From an uncultured Arcobacteraceae bacterium (lineage in GTDB: Bacteria > Campylobacterota > Campylobacteria > Campylobacterales > Arcobacteraceae): a stretch of 39,064 nucleotides of DNA. Of this stretch, positions 20,161-28,674 are shown piece by piece (position 1 is the first letter of the stretch; each line of letters starts with the position of its first letter). The DNA lies in NCBI GenBank assembly GCA_964022095.1, contig CAXHZO010000021.1:1-39064 (forward strand), in the 5' to 3' direction. Position numbers and translations under genes: made by a program. The notes beneath the pieces were generated by a model. It saw only the letters and a list, made by a program, of their open reading frames with translations, made no database searches and was not told the origin of the DNA.

Positions 20161-21259
20161 AATAAATCTTTTATTTATTATTCCATCTTTAAGAGGTGGT
20201 GGAGCAGAAAGAGTTGTTACTATTCTTTTAAAATATATTGATAAAAATAAGTTTAATTTAACTCTAGCATTACTTAAAAAAGAAGGCAAATATTTAGAAG
20301 ACATTCCTTCAGATATAGAAGTAGTAGATTTACAAGTGAAAAGAGCTAGATATTCTATTTTTAAAATTATTAAGCTTATAAATAAAAAGAAACCTGATAT
20401 TACATTTTCAACATTAGGGTATTTAAATTTAATCATTTCAATTATAAAACCTTTTTTATCAAAAAAAACAGTTTTTATTGGTCGAGAATCAAATACAGTA
20501 AGTGTTAAAAATAAATTAGAAAAATATCCCAGATTTTTTGATTTTTTATATAAAAAATTCTATTCAAATTTTGACTCAATTATTGCACAAGCAAACTTTA
20601 TGAAAAATGATTTAGTTGAAAACTATGGAATATCAAGTGAAAAGATTACAGTAATAAATAATCCTATTGATGTTCAGAAAGTAGAAGAGATGTCTAATAA
20701 AAATATAGAGTTTAATTTTCCAAAAGATAAAATTAATTTATTAGCAGTGGGAAAGTTAAAACATCAAAAAGGTTTTGATAATCTTTTAACAATTATGTCT
20801 CAAATTGATGAAAAATATCATTTAACTATTTTAGGTGAAGGACCTGATGAAAAAAGTCTAAAAGAACAATCAAAAAAATTAAATTTAGATAATAGAGTAA
20901 GTATGGCTGGTTTTCAGTCTAATCCATATGCTTTTATGAAACAAGCAGATATCTTTTTACTGTCATCTAGATATGAAGGTTTTCCAAATGTTGTATCAGA
21001 GGCTAACCTTTGTGGAATACCTACAATAGCATTTAACTCTCCAGGTGGTACTGAAGAAATAGTGCGAGAGGATAATGGTTTACTTATTGAAAATAACAAT
21101 TTCAAAGCTTTTGAAAATGCAATTAATTTATTTGAATTAAATAAATATGATGAACAGGCTATTAAAGATTCAATTATTAACAGGTTTTCAAATGAAATAA
21201 TTGTAAAAATTTATGAAAAACATTTCATAAGGTGTATGGAGCAAAAAAATGGAAAATAA
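20153..21259 (+). CDS. GT4 glycosyltransferase (PglJ/WabH-like); start revised from 20045 to ATG 20153
   Basis: MNKINLLFIIPSLRGGGAERV is a typical GT4 N-terminus. SSRYEGFPNVVSEA. ATG 20153 overlaps the upstream stop; the 36-aa extension lies inside the previous gene. Confidence 0.87.
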   Translation: MNKINLLFIIPSLRGGGAERVVTILLKYIDKNKFNLTLALLKKEGKYLEDIPSDIEVVDLQVKRARYSIFKIIKLINKKKPDITFSTLGYLNLIISIIKPFLSKKTVFIGRESNTVSVKNKLEKYPRFFDFLYKKFYSNFDSIIAQANFMKNDLVENYGISSEKITVINNPIDVQKVEEMSNKNIEFNFPKDKINLLAVGKLKHQKGFDNLLTIMSQIDEKYHLTILGEGPDEKSLKEQSKKLNLDNRVSMAGFQSNPYAFMKQADIFLLSSRYEGFPNVVSEANLCGIPTIAFNSPGGTEEIVREDNGLLIENNNFKAFENAINLFELNKYDEQAIKDSIINRFSNEIIVKIYEKHFIRCMEQKNGK

Positions 21260-22424
21260 GAAAATTGCCTTTTTAATAAACTCTTTAACTGCTGGTGGAG
21301 CTGAACGTGTTCTAAGTATAATCTTAGCAGAACTTGAAAAAACTGATATACAAATAGAATTAATTTGTCTAGAAAATAATATTTTTTATAAAATTCCTAA
21401 AAATATAAAAGTTACTTACTTGTCAGATAGTGATGGAAATACAAACTCTATAGGAAAACTTCTTAGTATGCCTCTTTTAGCAAAAAAATTAAAAAAACAT
21501 ATTAAAGAGAATAATATAGATTTAGTTCAAAGTCATATATATAGGGCTAACTTTATCAATGCTTTATCTAAACAACTTGGCTCTTCCCATGAAGTTCAAA
21601 TGGTAAATGCTGGTCAAGTAAGTATGTACAAATCAAAAGGTTTATTAGGTAAGGTAAATCTTTTTTTAGTACAAAAGCTTTATCCTCTTTCAAATAAAGT
21701 TATATGTAAGTCTAAAGGGATGGAATATGATTTACAAACATATTTTAATGGAAATTTGAATACAACTATTATTAATAATCCATATGATTTAGAAAAAATA
21801 AAAATTCTTACTGAAGAATCAATAAATGACTTTGATTTTAATGAAGATAAAAAATATTTAATTTATGTTGGAAGGTTTGCTTCATTTAAAAGACCTGACT
21901 ATGTAATTGAATCACTAAAATACCTTGATGAAAATGTAGAACTAATTCTTTTAGGAGATGGTCCTAAAAAAGAAACTTTAATTGAGCTTTCAGAATCTTT
22001 AAACTTATCTAATAGAGTTCATTTCTTAGGAAAAGTTTCTAACCCTTATAAATATATGAAACAAAGTGATGTTTTTATATTAAGTTCAGATGATGGGGAG
22101 GGTTTTCCTAATGTTCTAGCTGAAGCTATGGCTTGTCAAACATCTGTTATTGCTACAGATTGTAAGAGTGGGCCTAGAGAAATTTTATCACCTAAAAGTG
22201 AAGTTAATAAAGAGTTAGTTGATGATTTAGAACTTTGTGAAAATGGCATTTTAGTTCCAAAAGGAAAGCCTAAAATCATAGCAAAAGCAATTAATATAAT
22301 TTTAGAAGATTCAACTTTTCAAAAACAAATTACTGTACAAGCTTTAAATCGTGTAAATGATTTTTCTAAAAATTCTATTATTGAAAAATATAAAGATACT
22401 CTATTTAACAAAGTGAGCAAATAA
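21249..22424 (+). CDS. GT4 glycosyltransferase (PglJ-like)
   Basis: FLINSLTAGGAERV, YVGRF..FKR, NPYKYM, EGFPNVLAEAMAC, DCKSGPREIL. Confidence 0.88.
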   Translation: MENKKIAFLINSLTAGGAERVLSIILAELEKTDIQIELICLENNIFYKIPKNIKVTYLSDSDGNTNSIGKLLSMPLLAKKLKKHIKENNIDLVQSHIYRANFINALSKQLGSSHEVQMVNAGQVSMYKSKGLLGKVNLFLVQKLYPLSNKVICKSKGMEYDLQTYFNGNLNTTIINNPYDLEKIKILTEESINDFDFNEDKKYLIYVGRFASFKRPDYVIESLKYLDENVELILLGDGPKKETLIELSESLNLSNRVHFLGKVSNPYKYMKQSDVFILSSDDGEGFPNVLAEAMACQTSVIATDCKSGPREILSPKSEVNKELVDDLELCENGILVPKGKPKIIAKAINIILEDSTFQKQITVQALNRVNDFSKNSIIEKYKDTLFNKVSK

Positions 22425-22425
22425 T

Positions 22426-23427
22426 ATGTTAATTTCTATTCAATTTCTAAGAGCTTATGCTTCTTTAATAGTAGTACTACATCATATTACATATAAAGAC
22501 AAAATTTATGGAAATGATGTTTTAAGCTTTTTTACATTTGGTGAGATAGGGGTTGATATATTTTTTATTATTTCTGGTTATATCATGATGTATAGTACAC
22601 ATAGGAAACCTGTTAAGGCTAAAGATTTTATAATAAACAGGGTAATTAGAATTATTCCTTTATATTGGGTTTTAACTATATGCGCACTTATAATTTTCAT
22701 GGTATTACCTGATAAAGTTAATTCATCAGGAGGAACTACTGTAATATTTGAATCATTTTTCCTATTACCTACGGAAGGTAAGTACTTAATACAGAATGGT
22801 TGGACTTTACGTTACGAGTTTTTATTTTATTTTATTTTTATGTTTAGTTTATTTTTAAATAATAAAAAATATATTTTAATTATTATAACAACTTTAGTTT
22901 TATTAGGTTTATTTATTGAATCTGAAAATATTTATTTTAATTTTATTACTAAAGATTTAATTCTAGAATTTGTTTTTGGTATTTTTCTTTATTTTCTTTT
23001 TTATAAATACGGTAAAGATAAAGACAATCTAAAACTCTCAATATTTTTTATAGTAATAAGTTTCATTCTACTATATTTTCTTTTGCAAAATGAAAACACA
23101 ATGAGATACCGTTCTATTTATTATGGTATTCCAGCTTTTTTATTTACTTATGGAATAATCCTAATAGAAAACTTTTTTACAAAGTATAAAAAATATATTT
23201 TACCACTAGGAAATAGTTCCTATTCCTTATATCTAGTACATCCTTTTATTCTTGTTGCAAATATAATAATTCTAAAAAATTTTTATTCAGAAAAAATTTT
23301 TTTTGATATTATATTAATTTTTTCAATGCTTATTTTTTCAATAATAGCAGGGTTATTAGTTTATTACTATATAGAACTTAATTTAATAAGTTTTTTTAAA
23401 AAGTTTAAAATGAAAAAAAAGGTTTAA
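22426..23427 (+). CDS. Acyltransferase-3 (OafA-like) membrane O-acyltransferase
   Basis: SIQFLRAYASLIVVLHH, GVDIFFIISGYIM, RVIRIIPLYW, WTLRYEFLFY, LGNSSYSLYLVH. Confidence 0.92.
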   Translation: MLISIQFLRAYASLIVVLHHITYKDKIYGNDVLSFFTFGEIGVDIFFIISGYIMMYSTHRKPVKAKDFIINRVIRIIPLYWVLTICALIIFMVLPDKVNSSGGTTVIFESFFLLPTEGKYLIQNGWTLRYEFLFYFIFMFSLFLNNKKYILIIITTLVLLGLFIESENIYFNFITKDLILEFVFGIFLYFLFYKYGKDKDNLKLSIFFIVISFILLYFLLQNENTMRYRSIYYGIPAFLFTYGIILIENFFTKYKKYILPLGNSSYSLYLVHPFILVANIIILKNFYSEKIFFDIILIFSMLIFSIIAGLLVYYYIELNLISFFKKFKMKKKV

Positions 23428-23428
23428 A

Positions 23429-24538
23429 ATGAAAAAAAATGTAGTTATTTTATATAATACAACAGTTTATGTGTATAAATTTAGGATTAATTTAATTAAA
23501 AAAATACAAGAACTTGGGTATCAAGTAATTGTTGTTTCTCCTAAAGACGAATATGTTGAAAAACTTAAAGAACAAGGAATTAAACATATAAATATTAATA
23601 TGTCTCAATATGGTATGAACCCCATAAAGGAGATAAAGACATCATATGATATCTATAAGATTTTTAAGAAATATAATCCTGAATTTTCACTTCATTATAC
23701 TATAAAACCAAATATCTTTGGAGGTATTGCAGCAGCTTTTACTTCGGTGAAAGTTATTAATAATATTGCAGGTGCAGGAAAAGCATTTTCAAATGAAGAA
23801 TCTTTATTTGCAAAATTAATTTCAATTTTATATAAAATAGGATTAAAAAGTTCGAGAAAAATATTTTTTCAAAACTTTGATGATATGAATTTATTTTTAA
23901 ATAGAAAGTTAGTAAAAAAAGAACTAGCAGAAAGAATACCTGGCTCTGGCGTTGATTTAAATAAATATAAAACAAGTTCAATATCTACTGATAATACTTT
24001 TTTATTTGTTGGAAGGCTCTTAAAAGAAAAAGGTATTGAATATTATTTAGAAGCTGCAAAAAAGACCCTTTCTTTTTCTCCTGATGCAAAATTTTTTATT
24101 GTAGGGGAACATGAAGAAAGAAGTGAATATATAGAAAAAGATAAATTAGATAAATATTTAGAAAATGAAAATATAATATATTATGGTACTGTATCTCCTG
24201 ATAAAATGCCAGAAATTATAGATAACTCTTCATGTGTAGTATTGCCATCTTATTACAGAGAAGGTGTTCCAAGATCATTACTTGAAGCGGGAGCAATGTC
24301 AAAAGTAATAATAACAACAAATAATGTAGGTTGTAAAGAAGTAGTTGATGAAGGATATAATGGATTTAAATGTGAAATAAAAAATTCAGATTGTTTACAT
24401 AAATCAATGATGAGATATGTTAATTTAAAGGAAGAAGATAAAGTTACAATGAGTAAAAATTCAAGATTAAAAATGGTAAAAGAATTTGATGAAAATATTG
24501 TTCTTAGTAAATATATAAATATAATAAAGGAAAGTTAA
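23429..24538 (+). CDS. GT4 glycosyltransferase (PglA/CapM-like, likely first elongation step)
   Basis: YKFRINLI, YTIKPNIFG, FFQNFDD, IPGSGVDL, GRLLKEKGI, PSYYREGVPRSLLEA. Confidence 0.9.
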   Translation: MKKNVVILYNTTVYVYKFRINLIKKIQELGYQVIVVSPKDEYVEKLKEQGIKHININMSQYGMNPIKEIKTSYDIYKIFKKYNPEFSLHYTIKPNIFGGIAAAFTSVKVINNIAGAGKAFSNEESLFAKLISILYKIGLKSSRKIFFQNFDDMNLFLNRKLVKKELAERIPGSGVDLNKYKTSSISTDNTFLFVGRLLKEKGIEYYLEAAKKTLSFSPDAKFFIVGEHEERSEYIEKDKLDKYLENENIIYYGTVSPDKMPEIIDNSSCVVLPSYYREGVPRSLLEAGAMSKVIITTNNVGCKEVVDEGYNGFKCEIKNSDCLHKSMMRYVNLKEEDKVTMSKNSRLKMVKEFDENIVLSKYINIIKES

Positions 24539-25491
24539 TGAAAATATTAATTACAGGTGGAAGTGGTTTTATAGGTACAAGATTAATCGATGAGTTAATC
24601 AAAGAAGAAAGTCACGAAATTATAATATATGACAAAGTTAAAAGTGAAAAATATCCAGAATTATGTATACAAGATGATATTAGAAATGTTGATTCATTAA
24701 CGAAAGCTTGTGAAGGAGTAGAAGTTATCTATAACTTAGCAGCAGAACATGCTGATAATGTAACTCCTCAATCACTATATGCAGATGTAAATATAGGTGG
24801 TGCAGATAATGTTGTCCAAGCTGCAAAAGTAAATAATATCTCTAAAATTATATTCACTAGTTCTGTAGCAATCTATGGATTAAACAGAGGTACTCCGACA
24901 GAAGATATGGAAGCAAAACCTTTCAATGAATATGGTAGAACAAAATATGAAGCTGAAAAAATCTTTTTAGCCTGGCAAAAAGAAAATGAAAATAACAATC
25001 TTCAAATAGTAAGACCAGCTGTTGTATTTGGAGAAAACAATAGAGGGAATGTTTATAATCTGATAAATCAAATTTCTACAGGAAAGTTTGCAATGATAGG
25101 AGATGGACTAAATAAAAAGTCTATGGGATATGTAGGAAATATTGCTAAGTTTTTATGTGAACTAAAATCTTCAGAAAAAACATTAGATATATTTAACTTT
25201 GCAGGAAAAGGGGATCTTAGTACTAAAGAAATAGTAGAAATAGTAAGAGATGAATTATCTATAGAAAAACCTTTTCCAAAAATTCCATATTGTGTTGGAA
25301 TAATAGGTGGTACAATGCTTGATATTTTATCAAGTATCACAGGCAAAAAATTCCCTGTAAGTAAAGTAAGAGTTCAAAAGTTTGCAGCTGAAACTACAGT
25401 TTCTACAAAGCATCTATTTGAAAGTGGATTTAAAGAAGCCTATAGTTTAGAAGATGGTCTTAGAGCTATGATAAGATATGAATTTAATTAA
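24538..25491 (+). CDS. gnu: GlcNAc-P-P-undecaprenol 4-epimerase (Gnu-like)
   Basis: LAAEHADNVTP.SLY.DVN, FTSSVAIYGLN, PFNEYG, FGENNRGNVYNL, KSMGYVGNI and ITGKK..VS.VRV.KF match my recollection of E. coli O157 Gnu. Confidence 0.8.
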   Translation: MKILITGGSGFIGTRLIDELIKEESHEIIIYDKVKSEKYPELCIQDDIRNVDSLTKACEGVEVIYNLAAEHADNVTPQSLYADVNIGGADNVVQAAKVNNISKIIFTSSVAIYGLNRGTPTEDMEAKPFNEYGRTKYEAEKIFLAWQKENENNNLQIVRPAVVFGENNRGNVYNLINQISTGKFAMIGDGLNKKSMGYVGNIAKFLCELKSSEKTLDIFNFAGKGDLSTKEIVEIVRDELSIEKPFPKIPYCVGIIGGTMLDILSSITGKKFPVSKVRVQKFAAETTVSTKHLFESGFKEAYSLEDGLRAMIRYEFN

Positions 25492-27346
25492 ACAATTTTA
25501 AGTAAATTCTTTTATATAAACTCCTATTGAATCTTTCTTCTGTGATAAATACTTGTGGCCAGCACAAAGAAAGATTCTTTTTATTTTTTATTCTATATGC
25601 TAATAACACATCTATATTTGTTTTTTGACTATAAACTTCAAATATTAATTTTGCATGATTATTACTTATAATTATATCTTCTATTAATTTCTTTATTTTA
25701 GTACTCTTTACATTTTTTAAAGCACTAATTAAAAATTCATTAGTCTTTTCAAAATCTTTTATAGAAAAAAAATCTTTTAAGTTTCTATATAAAAATCTCT
25801 TACCTTTAAAGCCAGCTGCTCTCTTTATGTATTTTAATCTTTTTTGTTCAAAATTATTGCGCCAATATTTATAATATTTTTTAATATAAACTTTTGAACT
25901 ACCAAATATTTTATAATACTCATTTTCAAGTTCCTCAAATGATTTATTTGGATTATTAAAAGATTGAATTAAAATATATCTAGTTATACCAGAAAAACTC
26001 CAATCATCAAAATTATAAGAACTATCATAATCTAATCCTAATATATTTGTATTATTAAAAACCTTAAATCTATCATATATATATTTTTCATGCCCCATAG
26101 GCAATCCAATATCATCGTTAAAATCATTCGGTCTTATAAAAACTTTTTTTAAACCTTTTTTTTTCCATTCATCTAAATCTTTTTTTATTTCTTTTGGTAA
26201 ATCACCAAATTTAGGAACAAAGCCTAAGATAATATCATCTTTTAAGATTTTTTTTGTAGGAGGATACCTATAATCACTATATGCATAAGCTATTAATTTT
26301 GAATCAGGATTAAATTTCTTTGATTTTTCTAATAACCTATTCCAAAAAAATATATATCTATCCGTTTTAGATTTTTTTTGAAAATCTTTATACCTATCAT
26401 CTTCTGAATCATGTAATCGACAGAATTCACAAGTACAATATCCTCGAGAATCATTTATGGTTGCATTATAAATATTCCTATTATATTGGGTATATACTTT
26501 TCTCCAATTTTCTACAATTTGATTTTGAAGATTTTCATTTGATATACAAAATTTCTGTCTACTTGCATCTAATAAAGGGAATCCTTCAACTCCTCTTTTA
26601 TTGCTTTCTGATAAAGAAAACCATTCAGGTTTTTTTTCCCCATATTTATTCCAGAACTTTCTGAAAGCATGACCATAAGAGGGCTTTGAAGAAATATGTA
26701 ATTTCATTCTTCTCTTCCAGAGTAAATCATCCTGCATATATTTTATTACATCTGATTTAGAATAGATTAGCTCTTTTGGAGTATATTTATTCATCTGTAG
26801 TTTCTTTACAAGTTTATTATATCTCCATATATCATTTCTAAATACAGTAAAATTGTAATTTGAATTCCAAGAAAAAGATTTATTAATTAATTTTAAATTT
26901 TTTATTTTCTTATATATTATCCCCTCATCTTTTGGTTTAACCCATCTAATTCCTAATTCATTATATAAAAAATCATATACAGAAAAAAGTGTTCCTACTT
27001 TATTTCTCATAAATAATACAGTTTCTAACTCAGTATTTTTTTTCTTCATAATTTCATCAATACCATATAAATATACCTTATTATCTTCTATTAAATAGTT
27101 AGACATTGAATCTATTTTAAAGTTTTTTTTTGGAGTTTTACCAATATAAAATACATATTTACCATCTGTTTTCAATGATGATATTAGAACTTTTTTATCT
27201 AATACTAATTCTAAATGTTTCTTTAATTCATTGGCAGCAAATTTTTTTATAAAATCTGCATTTGGATCTACAATAATTGTTACATTTTGACTATAGTTAG
27301 AAAACAATAATGAAACAGTAACAAGTAAAATTGATATAACTTTCAT
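25484..27346 (-). CDS. Secreted DUF4838-family protein (putative carbohydrate-active enzyme)
   Basis: Signal peptide, FAANELKKHL, GTLFSVYDFL..ELGIRW, HAF..PEWF, FCISN, ND..GYCTCEFC, DRY..FWN, AYAYSDYRYPP. Confidence 0.72.
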   Translation of the reverse strand: MKVISILLVTVSLLFSNYSQNVTIIVDPNADFIKKFAANELKKHLELVLDKKVLISSLKTDGKYVFYIGKTPKKNFKIDSMSNYLIEDNKVYLYGIDEIMKKKNTELETVLFMRNKVGTLFSVYDFLYNELGIRWVKPKDEGIIYKKIKNLKLINKSFSWNSNYNFTVFRNDIWRYNKLVKKLQMNKYTPKELIYSKSDVIKYMQDDLLWKRRMKLHISSKPSYGHAFRKFWNKYGEKKPEWFSLSESNKRGVEGFPLLDASRQKFCISNENLQNQIVENWRKVYTQYNRNIYNATINDSRGYCTCEFCRLHDSEDDRYKDFQKKSKTDRYIFFWNRLLEKSKKFNPDSKLIAYAYSDYRYPPTKKILKDDIILGFVPKFGDLPKEIKKDLDEWKKKGLKKVFIRPNDFNDDIGLPMGHEKYIYDRFKVFNNTNILGLDYDSSYNFDDWSFSGITRYILIQSFNNPNKSFEELENEYYKIFGSSKVYIKKYYKYWRNNFEQKRLKYIKRAAGFKGKRFLYRNLKDFFSIKDFEKTNEFLISALKNVKSTKIKKLIEDIIISNNHAKLIFEVYSQKTNIDVLLAYRIKNKKNLSLCWPQVFITEERFNRSLYKRIYLKLFN

Positions 27347-27350
27347 TTAT

Positions 27351-28505
27351 TTACTTAAATATTGATATAAATAATCTTAATGGTCTAATTATATAATATA
27401 AGATATTAGTTTTTTTCGATAGATTAATAAAATATATATCATAATGTGTTGGCTTGAAAATTGATGATAAAAAATACTTCACACTATCAAATTTTGAGTC
27501 TTGAAGTTTTGATATTGATAAAAACTTTTTTAAAATTTGCTTCTTTTGTATTTTTATTTTACTTTCATAAAAATGCTCATTATTTATACTTTTGAAAATA
27601 TCATTTAAAACTATATCGAAATTTTGGTACATTTTTATTTCATTATGTATTAGTTGATCTAATTTTGTTTTATATAAACTATTACTAATAAGTAAACCTA
27701 ATAAAAACATATTTCTTACTTTTAATTTTTTAGATAACTTTAATAAATCTTCCCAATTGATTTTATATTTATTTATAATCCTATCTACATCTGTAATCCA
27801 CTCTACTCTTTCCCATAAATGCTTTGAACCATGAACACATAAATATAATAAATATAAATTAATATCTAGTGTCTTAATATTTTGAGAATTTAAATTTATA
27901 TTCGAAATATTTTCCCATATACTATATTGATCAAAATTATCATTTATCAATTTTCTAAATAATTTCCAATGTAATTCTATGTGAATATTATTATTAGTAA
28001 ATAAACTACAGTCACTTCCTACTTCCAATAATGCTTCATTTTTTAATATTGCTAAATCCAAGTCTACTTTATATTTATTTAAATTTAAAACTTTTACTAC
28101 CTCATAAACGTTACTGTCTTTAACTAATAAATCCAAATCACTATACTGCCTAGAAACTATGTCTCCGTAAGCCAACTGTGACAAAGTAGGACCTTTAAAA
28201 GATATCACTTCTATATTGTTTTCTTCTAATAGTTTTGTGATTTTTACTAATTCTGCTGTCATTAACATATTTTGCTTGAGGATTTGTAGTTTTTTTAGTT
28301 TCATTATATTTAGCTTATCACTTGGTACTAAAATATCATAATCTTTAAGAGTCTTATATACTAAAGGAAATAATCCATGACACATCGCTATATATATAAA
28401 ATTATCCCAGTCTTTTATCTCTTTTATAAGATTCTTTATAGTATTTAAGTCTTTGATTTCTTTGCTACACTCTATAATAAGTAATATATTTGAATTAGTT
28501 ATCAC
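27351..28505 (-). CDS. NTP_transf_5 (PF14907-type) nucleotidyltransferase, as in phosphorylated lasso-peptide clusters
   Basis: W..F...A..HG..PL.Y, FKGPTLSQLAYGD...RQYSDLDLLV, IELHW, YLCVHGSKH.W....W..D. GTG start. Confidence 0.85.
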   Translation of the reverse strand: MITNSNILLIIECSKEIKDLNTIKNLIKEIKDWDNFIYIAMCHGLFPLVYKTLKDYDILVPSDKLNIMKLKKLQILKQNMLMTAELVKITKLLEENNIEVISFKGPTLSQLAYGDIVSRQYSDLDLLVKDSNVYEVVKVLNLNKYKVDLDLAILKNEALLEVGSDCSLFTNNNIHIELHWKLFRKLINDNFDQYSIWENISNINLNSQNIKTLDINLYLLYLCVHGSKHLWERVEWITDVDRIINKYKINWEDLLKLSKKLKVRNMFLLGLLISNSLYKTKLDQLIHNEIKMYQNFDIVLNDIFKSINNEHFYESKIKIQKKQILKKFLSISKLQDSKFDSVKYFLSSIFKPTHYDIYFINLSKKTNILYYIIRPLRLFISIFK

Positions 28506-28674
28506 TATTTAGTAACCCCTTTTTATTATTCATAATTGACCATTTAAGTAAATTTTGTTTAATCTTTTATATAATATTATACTAAAAATGTAAGATTTTA
28601 TTATTAAACTATTATTAAAACTTTTAAATTTTTTTTATTATAAAAAAAATCATATATCAACAAGGAGTAATTCA

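Noticed and set aside
17302-24538. pgl N-glycosylation locus
   Set aside because: No PglB, PglK or PglC-F. The presence of wzx, wzy, wza and wzc indicates EPS or capsule.
15640-26164. Homopolymer runs as phase-variation switches (A9 at 15640-15648, T9 at 26156-26164)
   Set aside because: Expected in such AT-rich DNA and the frames are intact. I saw no long poly-G/C tracts of the Campylobacter contingency type.
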